Shown in pieces: positions 20,453 to 31,047 of a stretch of DNA of 64,000 nt. The DNA is from an uncultured delta proteobacterium. GTDB taxonomy: Bacteria > Desulfobacterota > Binatia > UBA9968. The stretch lies in NCBI GenBank assembly GCA_963840855.1, contig CAWJBB010000083.1, positions 1 through 64,000 on the forward strand, written 5' to 3'. The notes under the pieces are model-generated. The model made no database searches. It had not been told where the DNA came from and was given only the letters and a program-made list of their open reading frames with translations. The position numbers were made by a program, and so were the translations under genes. How positions within the stretch are numbered: the first letter of the stretch is position 1; each line of letters starts with the position of its first letter.

Positions 20453-20839
20453 TTATCCACTTCTCGAATAATCTGCTTTGCCCGCTATCACACCACGGAC
20501 GCCCCCACGAGGATTGTTGGTATCCCCCGATCTCCGGGGAATCAGATGAATGTGGCAGTGCATGATAGTCTGTCCGGCATCGGCACCGATATTGATCCCT
20601 ACGTTGTATCCGTGGGGTTTAAAGCATTCATCGAGTAACTTCTTGCCTTCGTCGACCATAGCCCACATTGCTGTCTTCTCTTCGACCGTGAGTGAGTCAG
20701 GAACATGACGATTCAAGATGATTAACAAGTGTCCTTCGGTCACTGGGTACTTGTCCCAGCGGGCAAAACAAAGCACTGACGTCAGAACTTTCTCGCCGTC
20801 AACCGGTGAACAGAAAGGGCAGTTTACTTCTTCTCCCAA
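20453..20839 (-). CDS. HIT family hydrolase
   Basis: CPFC, YPVTEGHLLII, AGQTIMHCHIHLIPR. Confidence 0.95.
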   Translation of the reverse strand: MGEEVNCPFCSPVDGEKVLTSVLCFARWDKYPVTEGHLLIILNRHVPDSLTVEEKTAMWAMVDEGKKLLDECFKPHGYNVGINIGADAGQTIMHCHIHLIPRRSGDTNNPRGGVRGVIAGKADYSRSG

Positions 20840-21993
20840 CGATCATACCCCCGTTCTTGTATGAGAAAGTCGCACCTTTTGGAAAGCGACTGTAGAGCCA
20901 CCTCCGTAAGAAACGCCGGATCCTCAAAACCGACCAGGTCGTAGCGGACTTCTTGTTCGAAGGCCTCCGGGTAGCGACTGTGTTCCAGTTGCCAGCACGT
21001 TAAGATCCAGTCCTGCCGCCGCTTCAAAAATTCCGGCGTCGGTATGCTATCGCTTTTAGCGGAATTGCATTTCTTGCACGTCGGTAGCAAGTTCCATAGG
21101 TTGTTGTTATGGGTCTGGGAGAACGGGAGAAGATGGTCGATGTCAAGGGTTTGCGCCGACAGGCAAGTTGGGCACCACACACACAAAAGTGGTCCCTTTC
21201 GCATGGCCTCTAGGTAGCAGATTTTTGCGTCCCTGACTTGGCGGTCTTCTAGGTAAGTCTTGGTCAGCGTTTGAAAGATTTTCTGGAACGCCTCTGGGGT
21301 AAAGGGGTCCTTTTGTATTCGCGCCGTGAACTCGGCCCAATGATAGAGGATGGCGTCGGTGCCGAGAAGCAAACCACCGATCTTTTGAAAAACTTCGTAA
21401 TAGTCCCGGCGCAGCTCGAAGTTGCCAAAATTCTGGACGACCCATCCCGGCGTAAGTTGACCGACCCGAGGCGTTGACGTTTTACTTGACGAAGGCTGCT
21501 TCACGATACCATATAGACCCTTGAGGACTGACTGTCCCAGGTGTTTCATGGGCATGGTGGCGATAGTTTGTCGAAGCTTTTGCAGTAGCGCCAGGTACTT
21601 CGCCTCGTCCGACTCGCTCAACCTTCCGTTGTGATAATCGTGCTGGAATTGAGCGAAGCCGCCCCTGCGGGAGTACACGTCCGGCAGCGCCTTAAAGATC
21701 CGCCGGAAGGCCAGCGGCTTGGTCTTTTCCCCGCCGTGTTTCTGCGGTATGTCCTGCTCGACGATAGGCCAGTAGTACTGGACCCACTTTTCCACCAATA
21801 GACCGAAAGGAGCGGTAACGAAATCGGCTTCTTGTTTGATGTGCGGCGACTCGGAGGAGATCTCGATGAGGCCTCGGAGCAAAGCGAACTTGTAGGTAGT
21901 GTCTTTGGATTCGTAGCGTAGGATACGCAAAAGATTCTGGTAGATGTCTCCGGCCACGCTGCCATTTCTAATCCATGAGCTTTCGGCTGGCAA
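20824..21993 (-). CDS. HNH endonuclease with TYKFALLR N-terminal domain
   Basis: CVWC...IDHLLPFS...WNLLPTCKKCNSAKSD; start uncertain. Confidence 0.85.
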   Translation of the reverse strand: MPAESSWIRNGSVAGDIYQNLLRILRYESKDTTYKFALLRGLIEISSESPHIKQEADFVTAPFGLLVEKWVQYYWPIVEQDIPQKHGGEKTKPLAFRRIFKALPDVYSRRGGFAQFQHDYHNGRLSESDEAKYLALLQKLRQTIATMPMKHLGQSVLKGLYGIVKQPSSSKTSTPRVGQLTPGWVVQNFGNFELRRDYYEVFQKIGGLLLGTDAILYHWAEFTARIQKDPFTPEAFQKIFQTLTKTYLEDRQVRDAKICYLEAMRKGPLLCVWCPTCLSAQTLDIDHLLPFSQTHNNNLWNLLPTCKKCNSAKSDSIPTPEFLKRRQDWILTCWQLEHSRYPEAFEQEVRYDLVGFEDPAFLTEVALQSLSKRCDFLIQERGYDRWEKK

Positions 21994-22091
21994 GGCTAGA
22001 AATTTCGAAAAAAGAATTGCCGGAAAGTACGAGGTCTGGCAGAATAAGCGACAAGCCGCAAGAACAAGGCAGGGACTGAAGTTTCACGGCC

Positions 22092-23014
22092 ATGAAGCTT
22101 TACATTGGTGTAACGGATAACGACTGGTATCGGTATCTAAGCCGGTTTCCCCATGTTGACGAGGTCAACTTTTGGCAGCCGGGCGGGAGTCACTTGTTTA
22201 AAGCTCTCAGACCCGGAGAGCTTTTTCTATTCAAATTGCATAGCCCTCAAAACTTTATCGCTGGTGGAGGTTTCTTCACGCACGCATCAATACTGCCGGT
22301 AAGCTTGGCGTGGGAAGCCTTTGGCGAAAAGAATGGGGCTGCTTCCTTTACGGAGATGCGGTCAAAGATTCTGCAGTATCGGGGATCAACGACCGATTCG
22401 CGGGAGGATTTCGAAATCGGCTGCATCCTTCTTCAGCAACCCTTCTTTTTCCCCGAAAGAGAATGGATTTCCGTCCCATCGGATTTTCATCGCAATATTG
22501 TTCAAGGAAAAACGTACGACGTAGATTCGGCAACCGGACAAGACCTCTGGGACGCGGTTCAGCTCCTGCTCCGGTCACAGCCGCTTCTACAAGAGCAAGT
22601 CGGCGAAGGCGAAGTCATCTGGAGTTCAGCGTTGGTCAGGCAGCGTCTCGGTCAAGGGGCTTTCCGAATCCTGGTGACGGACACCTATGATCGCCACTGT
22701 GCTGTTACCGGCGAGAAAGCACTGCCAGCACTCGAAGCTGCTCATATCCAGCCCGTGACCCAAAAAGGAAAGCACCGAATCGATAACGGCCTCCTTCTCC
22801 GATCAGACATTCATCGACTCTTCGACTCTGGCTATGTCACGATAACTCCAGACTACAAGTTCCACGCCAGCGGAAAGTTAAAGGACGATTTCGACAACGG
22901 GGAAGAGTACTTCCGCCTTCAAGACAGTCCAATCTGGCTGCCACGCGATTCAGATAGCCGCCCTAAAAGCGGGAATTTCTAGAATGGCACTCCGATACTG
23001 TTTTTCGAGGATAG
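22092..23014 (+). CDS. Putative restriction (HNH_2) endonuclease; homopolymer frameshift near 22966
   Basis: EVNFWQP, RLGQGAFR, CAVTGE..LEAAHI, NGLLLRSDIHRLFD; expected end REFLEWHSDTVFRG is in a shifted frame. Confidence 0.9.
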
Positions 23015-23026
23015 GAAGGGTGAAAG

Positions 23027-23258
23027 ATGGCACACAAGGTGTATGGAGCAATCGTGAAAGCCATAAGATCTGGACGGCTCAAAGAACCTTTCTCGAAAAA
23101 GGATTTCGAAAATAGCTGTCCCGGCCTCGGGCACGGAACCTACAACGCATTTCTCGACAAACACGCTGTAGACAATCCCGGTGGTAATACTGAGCTTTTT
23201 CGTCCGGAAGTCACCTGGAATCTTTAGGTGTGTACGACCATTCAAGCATGGTCTTTAG
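23027..23258 (+). CDS. Small hypothetical protein (poly-T frameshift near 23200)
   Basis: Removing one T gives NTELFVRKSPGIFRCVRPFKHGL*. Confidence 0.55.
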
Positions 23259-23285
23259 TACTTAAACTCGCTGGAGAAATAATCT

Positions 23286-25898
23286 ATGGACGCTCGACCT
23301 AAAACAGTACGTGACATACTTCATACCGGCGACCAATACATAATCCCGCTGTTTCAGCGTTACTACTCTTGGCAAAAGGAACATTGGGATCGTCTGCGAA
23401 AAGACATCTGGGCGCTGATGGAGGACGAGTCGAAGCCTGTCCACTTTCTTGGTCCGCTGGTCTGTACGCCTACGTCTCATTTCCCAGGCTCAGTGCCTGC
23501 TTACCAACTGATTGACGGTCAGCAACGGCTTACAACGCTAACCTTGCTGCTTGCTGCACTTCGTAATGTCGCAATGTCGCGAGGCCTAACCAACTTGGCG
23601 GCCGAAGTTTCCGAGGATTATTTACTCCACAAGCGCAAGCAGGGTACGGAGCACTACAAAATTCTTCCCAGGCTGGGAGATCGCGAAGCTCTATCTGCGA
23701 TCATTGACGGCAATGATCTTTTTGCGCATATGGATAGCCAAATTTACGCTGCTCTAAAGTATTTTCACCGTCACGCTGAGCATTGGGCCCGTCATAGAGC
23801 TGAACAGAATCTACGTCACCTTTTGGATACGGTCACGCGGCGTCTGGCACTCGTCGTCGTGACGATAGACAGTGAAAGTCCATACGAAATATTTGAAAGT
23901 CTGAATTCCGCAGGCCTTCCACTGGAGGAAGCGGATCTTATTCGAAACTTTATCTTCATGCAGGTGCCTCTATCGAAGCAGCAGGAGTTCTTCGATCAGC
24001 ACTGGAGCGCGTTTGAAGATATGTTCGATGCGGTTGACGATCAGGAAGCTATTCCGATGACTCCTTTTTACAGGGACTATTTGATGAAAGATGGGCGCTA
24101 TTCAAAGGAAGATGCAACTTTCTTAGACTTTAAAGAGCATCAGAAACAAGCAAACCTTGCCCCTGAGCAGCAAGTTAAGGAACTTCTTCACTTCGCGACT
24201 TTAGATCTCATGTTGCGACGCCCGGAGGCTGTGACAAAGGATACCGTCTGTCGGTTACTCCGCCAAATTGAGGGCATGGAAATCTCGACGTCCTATCCGT
24301 TGCTGCTTAATCTTTTGGACCGCAATCATCGCGGCCAATTGAGCGATGGAGAGTTGGAAGGCTGCTTGCAGGATCTCGTTAGTTTTGTACTGCGCCGCTC
24401 AATTTGTGGAGAAACCACGCGTTCATACGGTCAGTGGTTCGTGGAAGCAATATCTGTGCTCCGCGATAATCCGCGGCACGATCTGCAGACCTATTGGTTG
24501 AATCGGCGCTGGCCGGATGATTCCGCGCTGAGGGATAGGTTGCGTGACTTTCCAATTTACCGGAGGGAAGGAAGAAAAGCACGAGTCATACTTGAGGCGA
24601 TCGAAGATAGTTATAAACACAAAGAGAAAGTAGATCTTCGCAGACTATCGATTGAACATGTAATGCCTCAAACCATTGGAAACAACTCTGCGGGGAGAAG
24701 TTGGAAAACTATGCTCGGAGATGGGTGGGAAGAGATCCACGAAAAATATCTTCACTCATTGGGTAACCTGACGTTGACGGGTTATAACCCAGATCTCAGT
24801 AACTCCAGCTTCGAGCGCAAAAAGGAATTATTACACGATAGCCATTTGGAGCTTAACAAGTGGTTTGATTCGCTAAAGTTTTGGACGGAAGAATCCATCA
24901 TAAAGCGCGCGGAAGGGCTCGCAGAAATCGTCGCCCGACTTTGGCCGATGCCTTCCTCCAGTATTCAGTACTCGCCGTCCCAGGAAGCCTTGCGTGAACC
25001 GGAAGGTCTGTCCGAGAGACAGAAAAAAGCTTTGGAATACTGGCGTCACCTGGATAGTCGCTTAGAGGAAAGAGGTATTCCCTCAGACATGATTGTTCCT
25101 AGGCCGTCAAATTGGTTATCCCTCGTTATTGGTACGACAGGCTCGGCCGAAATCCAGCTGACCTTTAATCAGCAGAGAAAGCAAGTGTCTGTAGGTCTCA
25201 ATTTGACGGGGGAAATCGGTGAGTCTATTGAAAGGCGTCTGTTGGACGAGAAAGAACAGATTGAGAAAGATTTAGGGTACACGCTCGAGTGGGAATCTGG
25301 TGACATCTACATCGCCGATGAAGGTATAGGGATTTGGGATCAAGAAGACTGGCCCATCCAGCATGATTGGATGGGAGATCATCTTGAAGACTATCTGCGG
25401 GTGTTCAAGCCTAGAGTGGTCAAGCTGGAGGAAGAAGTCCTACGTGATCCCGGGTTGCGGCGAAAAATTGAGAAGCGAGAGCGATTGATTGAGTACTGGA
25501 ACGCTTGTGCGATTGAACTCGCGGGGTCGCCATTGCGTTTCCGCGAGAGCGAACCGAATGCTGGCAGAATCTACTGTCGCTTCGAACAAGTCGACACCGG
25601 CATCTATTTTGGAACACAGTACTACGATTCTGATGGTGGCTGGATTTGCGTCTATTTTGGTGTGTCCAAGAAAGCAGGAAGGCGTCTACGTTCTATCTTC
25701 AAGGAACTGGTGGAAAGTCTTAGAGGGGAATTAGAAGCTCTCATGGGAGAGGAACTCGAATGGTCGGATCCCTATCTCTCGATTTATAAAGAGGCAAACA
25801 TCGAAGAAACGCAAGACTGGCCGCGGCAGCACAAGTGGATTCGAGAGAAAGGCGAAAAGCTTTTGAGGGAATTCACGAGGCGGCTAAACATCGACTGA
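23286..25898 (+). CDS. GmrSD-type (DUF262+DUF1524) restriction protein with two C-terminal DUF4268-like domains
   Basis: IPLFQRYYSW, LIDGQQRLTT, IFESLN, SIEHVMPQ, GNLTL..N; two 'EYW...LEW...DWP.QH.W' repeats. Confidence 0.9.
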   Translation: MDARPKTVRDILHTGDQYIIPLFQRYYSWQKEHWDRLRKDIWALMEDESKPVHFLGPLVCTPTSHFPGSVPAYQLIDGQQRLTTLTLLLAALRNVAMSRGLTNLAAEVSEDYLLHKRKQGTEHYKILPRLGDREALSAIIDGNDLFAHMDSQIYAALKYFHRHAEHWARHRAEQNLRHLLDTVTRRLALVVVTIDSESPYEIFESLNSAGLPLEEADLIRNFIFMQVPLSKQQEFFDQHWSAFEDMFDAVDDQEAIPMTPFYRDYLMKDGRYSKEDATFLDFKEHQKQANLAPEQQVKELLHFATLDLMLRRPEAVTKDTVCRLLRQIEGMEISTSYPLLLNLLDRNHRGQLSDGELEGCLQDLVSFVLRRSICGETTRSYGQWFVEAISVLRDNPRHDLQTYWLNRRWPDDSALRDRLRDFPIYRREGRKARVILEAIEDSYKHKEKVDLRRLSIEHVMPQTIGNNSAGRSWKTMLGDGWEEIHEKYLHSLGNLTLTGYNPDLSNSSFERKKELLHDSHLELNKWFDSLKFWTEESIIKRAEGLAEIVARLWPMPSSSIQYSPSQEALREPEGLSERQKKALEYWRHLDSRLEERGIPSDMIVPRPSNWLSLVIGTTGSAEIQLTFNQQRKQVSVGLNLTGEIGESIERRLLDEKEQIEKDLGYTLEWESGDIYIADEGIGIWDQEDWPIQHDWMGDHLEDYLRVFKPRVVKLEEEVLRDPGLRRKIEKRERLIEYWNACAIELAGSPLRFRESEPNAGRIYCRFEQVDTGIYFGTQYYDSDGGWICVYFGVSKKAGRRLRSIFKELVESLRGELEALMGEELEWSDPYLSIYKEANIEETQDWPRQHKWIREKGEKLLREFTRRLNID

Positions 25899-25994
25899 AA
25901 GAAACATGAAAAGCTAGTTTGGAAACTGTGGCAGCTGACCGTGAGTTCCGCTTTACACCCCCGGTGTGGGAGCGCGGCACTGAGGCTAAATCTT

Positions 25995-26468
25995 ATGCCA
26001 TTTAATAAAGACCTTTATCCACTCAATTGGACCCCGTTTTCAAAATACATTCGGATCGAGCGAGCGAAAGGACAGTGTGAGTGCGAAGGCGAATGTGGGT
26101 TGCATCGAACACATCCTGGCCCGCGCCGCTGCGTCGAGCGTAACGGGCAGCCAGCCAGGTTCGCGAGAGGTAAAATCATCCTTACTACCGCTCATCTGTG
26201 CAAGTGTGATCCGCTTTGCGCGAACGAAAAGCACGTGAAAGCAATGTGTCAACGGTGTCACCTCCGCGTTGACCTGCAGTTACACATCAGCAACATGAAA
26301 AAGAACGTAATAACTGCCAAGCGTCGGAAGGCAGAACTAGCCGCTTCGGATACAAAGGGAGCTCTCGAGCGCGCACGGGCGGCGTTCATGGCCGCTTGGA
26401 CACGTAAGTACGGTAAGAATGACGCTAAGAATCCGTACTCCAAGCGAAACTACAGCGAATCGGCCTAA
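25995..26468 (+). CDS. Phage-type Cys-rich HNH-like protein
   Basis: YP.NW...RA.G.CEC.GECG...LTTAHL...AMCQRCHL. Confidence 0.7.
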   Translation: MPFNKDLYPLNWTPFSKYIRIERAKGQCECEGECGLHRTHPGPRRCVERNGQPARFARGKIILTTAHLCKCDPLCANEKHVKAMCQRCHLRVDLQLHISNMKKNVITAKRRKAELAASDTKGALERARAAFMAAWTRKYGKNDAKNPYSKRNYSESA

Positions 26469-27066
26469 CTTCATAATTCCCTGCCGCCGAGCGGCGCCTG
26501 GGGTCGCCCACCCATTAGCAGGCAGGTCAACAGGCACAGACGTTCCCGTGAGAAATTTTTCTTATTCCCTTTTTCAATCCCTCGCGGAATATGTGATCCC
26601 CTGATGCTTACCAAAAACGGATCCCGTTCCAGACGTTCCAAATAGCCTGCCCTGAGTCCTATCGAAGAGGGGGTTACTTGGCCGAATCTGTAGGTGTCTG
26701 CATCTAGCTATCCAATTCCCACCGTGGATGGTTGCCACTCTCCTTAAAGAATCCGTGGAGATAACTTTCACTTATTCCAAGGTTCCAGTTGTCTCAGTTG
26801 TTCCAGTCGTCCCGCTCGCACCTCGCAACCAAACAACAGCAAACGTGAACCCTTGGCTGAGTTCCCTCATCGCCCGCGGGACCAACAGGAAGAACGAAGC
26901 CGGAGGAATCAAGTGGCGCTGTTCGGACTGCGGCTGCGCAGGATTCCAGAGCGGCTGCGCAGTTGTCGTCACCAAGGACGGAAAGCACCGGAAGCGTCTG
27001 ACTTCTACGTATCGACTAACTTGGTTAATGCTATTGGTCCTTGCCCGTGGCTTCTACGCTGGCCTG

Positions 27067-27321
27067 TCAGTCGTTTCGGGCGATCCTTGGGGCTTTCTCA
27101 ATGTCACGGACAATTTCGGGGCAGTATTGTTCGGCTGTTTCGAGAAGGATGCGCGCTTGGTCCTCGTCACAGGGAATATTGTAACCTTCAAACAGCACGC
27201 CCTCGACGGCGTGATCAATTCGCGTCGCCTTGTCGATGGCTTCACGGGCGGGAGACTCGGTGGGGATTTGACTCCGCAATCGCTGATAGTATCGAGGAGC
27301 GACTTTAATGAATATATGCAT
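27067..27321 (-). CDS. Small hypothetical protein
   Basis: RBS gaggt; 84-aa ORF; sigma54-like site upstream. Confidence 0.6.
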   Translation of the reverse strand: MHIFIKVAPRYYQRLRSQIPTESPAREAIDKATRIDHAVEGVLFEGYNIPCDEDQARILLETAEQYCPEIVRDIEKAPRIARND

Positions 27322-27384
27322 AGCATGACCTCACTCTGGTTGAACGGCTTGAACAGTTTTAAACGGTTCAAAACGTTTCGCGGG

Positions 27385-27400
27385 TGCAAATCGTGCGCCT
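27385..27400 (-). promoter_or_regulatory. Sigma54-type -24/-12 promoter candidate
   Basis: aGGcgcacgatttGCa (GG-N10-GC). Confidence 0.45.
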
Positions 27401-27451
27401 CCCCGTTTTCCAAACAGTCTGGCAAGAATCAAACTAACATAAAGGGGGAAT

Positions 27452-29061
27452 AAAGGGGACAGGCTACTTTTTCCACGTTGCTATCGCAGGCGGCTGTGTG
27501 ATAGACCCCTGCCATCGGTTGAAGGAATCTGAAGCGAGCAGTTGAAAATACGCTCGCTGCAAGGCCTGACTCTGCCAGCGACCCTCAAACAAAACATGGT
27601 GGCCCAATACATTCACTGGACAATCCCGCTCGGGATAAATTATTATGACGCCGGCGATGAATTTTGACGATTTCGTTCACACCGGACCTGGAACTCTTGC
27701 CGGGCGTTTCCTGCGGATGTTCTGGCAGCCGGTTTGTTGCTCCCATGAGCTTTCGGTTGCCCAAGCGCTGCCGATTCGGATCATGGATGAAGAGTTTACG
27801 CTCTATCGCGGCGAGAGCGGCGCGGCGCATTTAGTCGGCTATCGCTGCGCCCACCGCGGCACGCAACTCTCCGCCGGGTGGGTCGAGGGCGACTTTATCC
27901 GCTGTTTCTATCACGGTTGGAAATACGATGGCGCGGGACGATGCGTTGAGCAGCCAGCCGAAGCGGAACCCTTTGCGCCAAAGGTCCGCGTGCCTGCTTA
28001 TCCGGTGCAAGAATACCTCGGACTGATTTTCGCCTATTTTGGCGAGGGCGAGCCGCCGCCGTTGCCGCGTTACCCCAAGATGGAAAGCGCCGATATCTCC
28101 CTCGATGTCGCTGGACTCAGACGGATCTGCAACTACTTCAACAACGTCGAGAATTCATTGGATAGCGCGCATGTGCGCTTCGTGCACCGGCGCCACCGCG
28201 ATTCGGTGCAAGATCATATCGTGTTGGGCGATCCGACGATTACCGTCGAAGAATCCGAGTGGGGCGTCGAGCGCCATGCAAAATATCCCGACGGCAAGGA
28301 AGTCACCGTTTTTTTCGGCATGCCCAACATCAACTATACCAACGGTCAGGTGGTTGATCCGGAGATCAAGCGGGCCGACGTGATGTTATTTAAAGTTCCG
28401 GTAGACGATGAACGCCATATTCACTTCGAGGTGCGCGCCATCCCGCTCACAGGAGAGCGCGGACGGGTATGGATCCAAGAACGGCGGGAGATGCGGACAA
28501 AGGCGGAACTGGATCGGCCGGAGTTAGTCCGAGCCATCCTTGCCGGAAAACTTAGGCTCGACGATATCGATCCGAATCGCGTCGACTTCGTCATGCTCGA
28601 AGACGAAGTCGCGCAGACCGGTCAAGGCGCGATCGCCCCGCGCGGCAACGAACACCTCGGCCGCAGCGACCGCGGCGTGTTTCTACTGCGCAAGATTTGG
28701 GAGCGGGAGCTGAGAAATCTCAAAGAGGGTAGACCGCTCAAGCAGTGGGTTTATCGTCCGGAAATGGTGCCGACGTATCCGAAGGCGTAGGGTTTCGTGG
28801 TTGTGGGCGATGTGCGATTGAAACCGCCTAAAAGAAAGGAGATGCCTACGGGGGTGATATTTGCTATTCGTTAACCGAGGCTTTTCGAAAAACGAAAAGC
28901 AATTTCTTAAGGACTACGATCCTGCGAGCCCATAACTTTAGAAGGCCAATCAGACTGGCAGACGAAGATTGCAAGTCAGTTTGGACTTGAAAGCACCATG
29001 CGTTCACGGGGCCGACCCGCGCTGAGTGAAATGAGGAGATAAGACAAAAAAGTAGCCTGTC
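27452..29061 (+). mobile_element. Putative non-autonomous RAYT-type element carrying a Rieske gene
   Basis: Left end aaaggggacaggctacttt; RAYT C-terminal remnant (DWQTKIASQFGLESTMRSRGRP), then inverted end aaagtagcctgtc. Confidence 0.55.
27645..28790 (+). CDS. Rieske non-heme iron oxygenase alpha subunit (phthalate/vanillate-like)
   Basis: CAHRG...RCFYHGWKYD; ENSLDSAHVRFVH. Confidence 0.9.
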   Translation: MTPAMNFDDFVHTGPGTLAGRFLRMFWQPVCCSHELSVAQALPIRIMDEEFTLYRGESGAAHLVGYRCAHRGTQLSAGWVEGDFIRCFYHGWKYDGAGRCVEQPAEAEPFAPKVRVPAYPVQEYLGLIFAYFGEGEPPPLPRYPKMESADISLDVAGLRRICNYFNNVENSLDSAHVRFVHRRHRDSVQDHIVLGDPTITVEESEWGVERHAKYPDGKEVTVFFGMPNINYTNGQVVDPEIKRADVMLFKVPVDDERHIHFEVRAIPLTGERGRVWIQERREMRTKAELDRPELVRAILAGKLRLDDIDPNRVDFVMLEDEVAQTGQGAIAPRGNEHLGRSDRGVFLLRKIWERELRNLKEGRPLKQWVYRPEMVPTYPKA

Positions 29062-29962
29062 TTTCACGGCTTCTCTTACGGAGAGGAGTTGATTTATGAA
29101 GGATCGAAATGAGCGGTCACAGATAAAACTATGATCACAAATCGGCGGCCGGCGCTCGACAAATTACGCCGCGAATACGATAGCAGTCATCGCCTGGAGA
29201 AAATTCGCGCCCCGGCTTCTGCTAACTTGGCTCCCATGTTTGGCGCGCTTGAAGCGGCCAGGGATGCGGCAGCACCCGAACTAATGAAAAATGTCTGCAC
29301 GCGGTTTCTCGCTTCGCTTTCAGCCTTTTACGGCATTCCTTCGCCGAACTTAAAATTGCTCGGGCCTCGTCCGCATTCGACTTACGAAGGGCGCTTGGCC
29401 AATGAACTCTTCGGCGACTACCAGATCAAGGTTGCAAAAATTCGACTTTGGACGCGGACCCCAATGAAAAGGCAGTGGACATCGAGTAAGACGATATTGT
29501 CTACGCTTTGCCATGAATTCATGCACCACTTGGATGTGACTTCTCTCGGATTTCCAAACAGCTTTCATACCATCGGTTTTTACGAGCGGACCCACCGACT
29601 TTATCTTGCTGCCATGGGTCATCCCTACTATCCTCTTAAGTGGCGCCGGGTTGGCTTTGAAGGCCGGCAGATTATTGACTGGCAGGAGACAAAGCGACAC
29701 GGGCCGAAAGTCTTGGGGCGAAAGAAAGTGAGAGGGACCAGCTGGCAGCAGGTCAGACCAGCGCAAGCCATTGATTCACAGGAATAGGCACGAGGCGAGA
29801 GGCAACAGGCAATAGTAGGACAAGAACATTTCAGACTGCTCACTATAAGAAATACACGATGCCGCGCGTCAATCGCCATTTTCTACCTGGTCACATCTGG
29901 CACATCACTGACCGCTGTCATCAGCAGGCATTTCTACTGAAATTTGCGCGCGACCGCCGCCG
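28985..29962 (+). repeat. ~980-bp duplication, copy 1
   Basis: Near-identical to 36381-37359. Confidence 0.95.
29131..29787 (+). CDS. HExxH zinc metallopeptidase-like protein (SprT/WLM/YgjP-like)
   Basis: TLCHEFMHHLD...SFHTIGFY. Confidence 0.7.
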   Translation: MITNRRPALDKLRREYDSSHRLEKIRAPASANLAPMFGALEAARDAAAPELMKNVCTRFLASLSAFYGIPSPNLKLLGPRPHSTYEGRLANELFGDYQIKVAKIRLWTRTPMKRQWTSSKTILSTLCHEFMHHLDVTSLGFPNSFHTIGFYERTHRLYLAAMGHPYYPLKWRRVGFEGRQIIDWQETKRHGPKVLGRKKVRGTSWQQVRPAQAIDSQE

Positions 29963-30662
29963 CTATATGCACTGGATTTTCGAGGCAAAAAAACGCTTCG
30001 GTCTGTCCGTGCTCAACTATATGATCACCTCGAACCACGTTCATCTTTTGATCAAAGACACCGGGCCGAACGTCATCGCCGACAGTATGCAGTTAATTGC
30101 CGGCCGCACCGCCCAGGAATACAATCAGCGCAAAGATCGGCAGGGAGCGTTTTGGGAGGACCGCTACCATGCAACTGCAATTGAGGCCAACGAGCACTTG
30201 CACCGTTGCCTCATCTACATTGATCTAAACATGGTTCGCGCCGGTGTGGTAAGCCATGCTGGAGAGTGGGCGCACAGCGGTTATCGTGAGATACAGGAGC
30301 CGCCGAAGCGTTACGCGGTGATCGATCTAGAGGGGCTGGCGGCCATGTGTGGCTTTACGAATCCGAGAGATTTTCAAAGAGGACACCGCGAATGGGTCGA
30401 GCAAGTGATGGAAAACGGCGGTGCTCCGCGCGAGGACCGCTGGTCTGAAGCGCTCGCCGTCGGGAGCCTGACTTTTGTCGAGAGGGTCAAAAACGATCTT
30501 GGCGTCAAAGCCGCGCATCGGGAAGTGCTGGCAGCTGACGGAACTTATGCATTGCACGAGCCCAGCGAAGCTTACACTCGCAATTTGACCGGTGAAAATG
30601 AGGCTCTAAGTCCGCAAAATACTCTCCCGTGGAATGAAAGCATCGAAAACCCAAATACATAG
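29859..30662 (+). CDS. REP-associated tyrosine transposase (RAYT, Y1 HUH)
   Basis: WHITDRCH, SNHVHLL (HUH), GAFWEDRY, YIDLNMVRAG; followed by ggtccgacccc. Confidence 0.9.
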   Translation: MPRVNRHFLPGHIWHITDRCHQQAFLLKFARDRRRYMHWIFEAKKRFGLSVLNYMITSNHVHLLIKDTGPNVIADSMQLIAGRTAQEYNQRKDRQGAFWEDRYHATAIEANEHLHRCLIYIDLNMVRAGVVSHAGEWAHSGYREIQEPPKRYAVIDLEGLAAMCGFTNPRDFQRGHREWVEQVMENGGAPREDRWSEALAVGSLTFVERVKNDLGVKAAHREVLAADGTYALHEPSEAYTRNLTGENEALSPQNTLPWNESIENPNT

Positions 30663-30687
30663 CCCGGTCCGACCCCGCGAAACAAAT

Positions 30688-30939
30688 TACCGTGCCAAGG
30701 AGGCCCTCACCGAGCTATTCCAGGAAGCTAAGACCAAGAACACCCACATCATCGTGAAGCGCATCGTCACGGACATCGATGACATCGTAAAGAAGGTGCG
30801 CTTTGATGGCTGGCAAGCCACGACGCAAGGCGAGCGGTTGGTGCAGAGGGAACTCCGCCGCGCACTTCTGAAATACAAGCTGCACACGGATCAGGAATTG
30901 TTCGATAAAGCGCATGGGTATATACGGCAATACTACTAA
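30688..30939 (+). pseudogene. C-terminal fragment of type I restriction subunit HsdR
   Basis: ALTELF...IVTDIDDIVKKVRFDGWQAT..GER.V...DQELFDKAHGYIRQYY. Confidence 0.75.
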
Positions 30940-31047
30940 GGAAAAAAACAGAAATCAGCTAGTCGTAAAGAGTGAGGCGCCCAAATTTTTGGGTTGCGAT
31001 TTGAAGTCGTGAAGTTGCAACCCTTTCAGTTCTAAAAGGGTCGCTAA

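Noticed and set aside
26728-27453. 241-aa plus-strand ORF
   Set aside because: Runs through 9-mer repeats and is antisense to a more plausible 84-aa gene with an RBS
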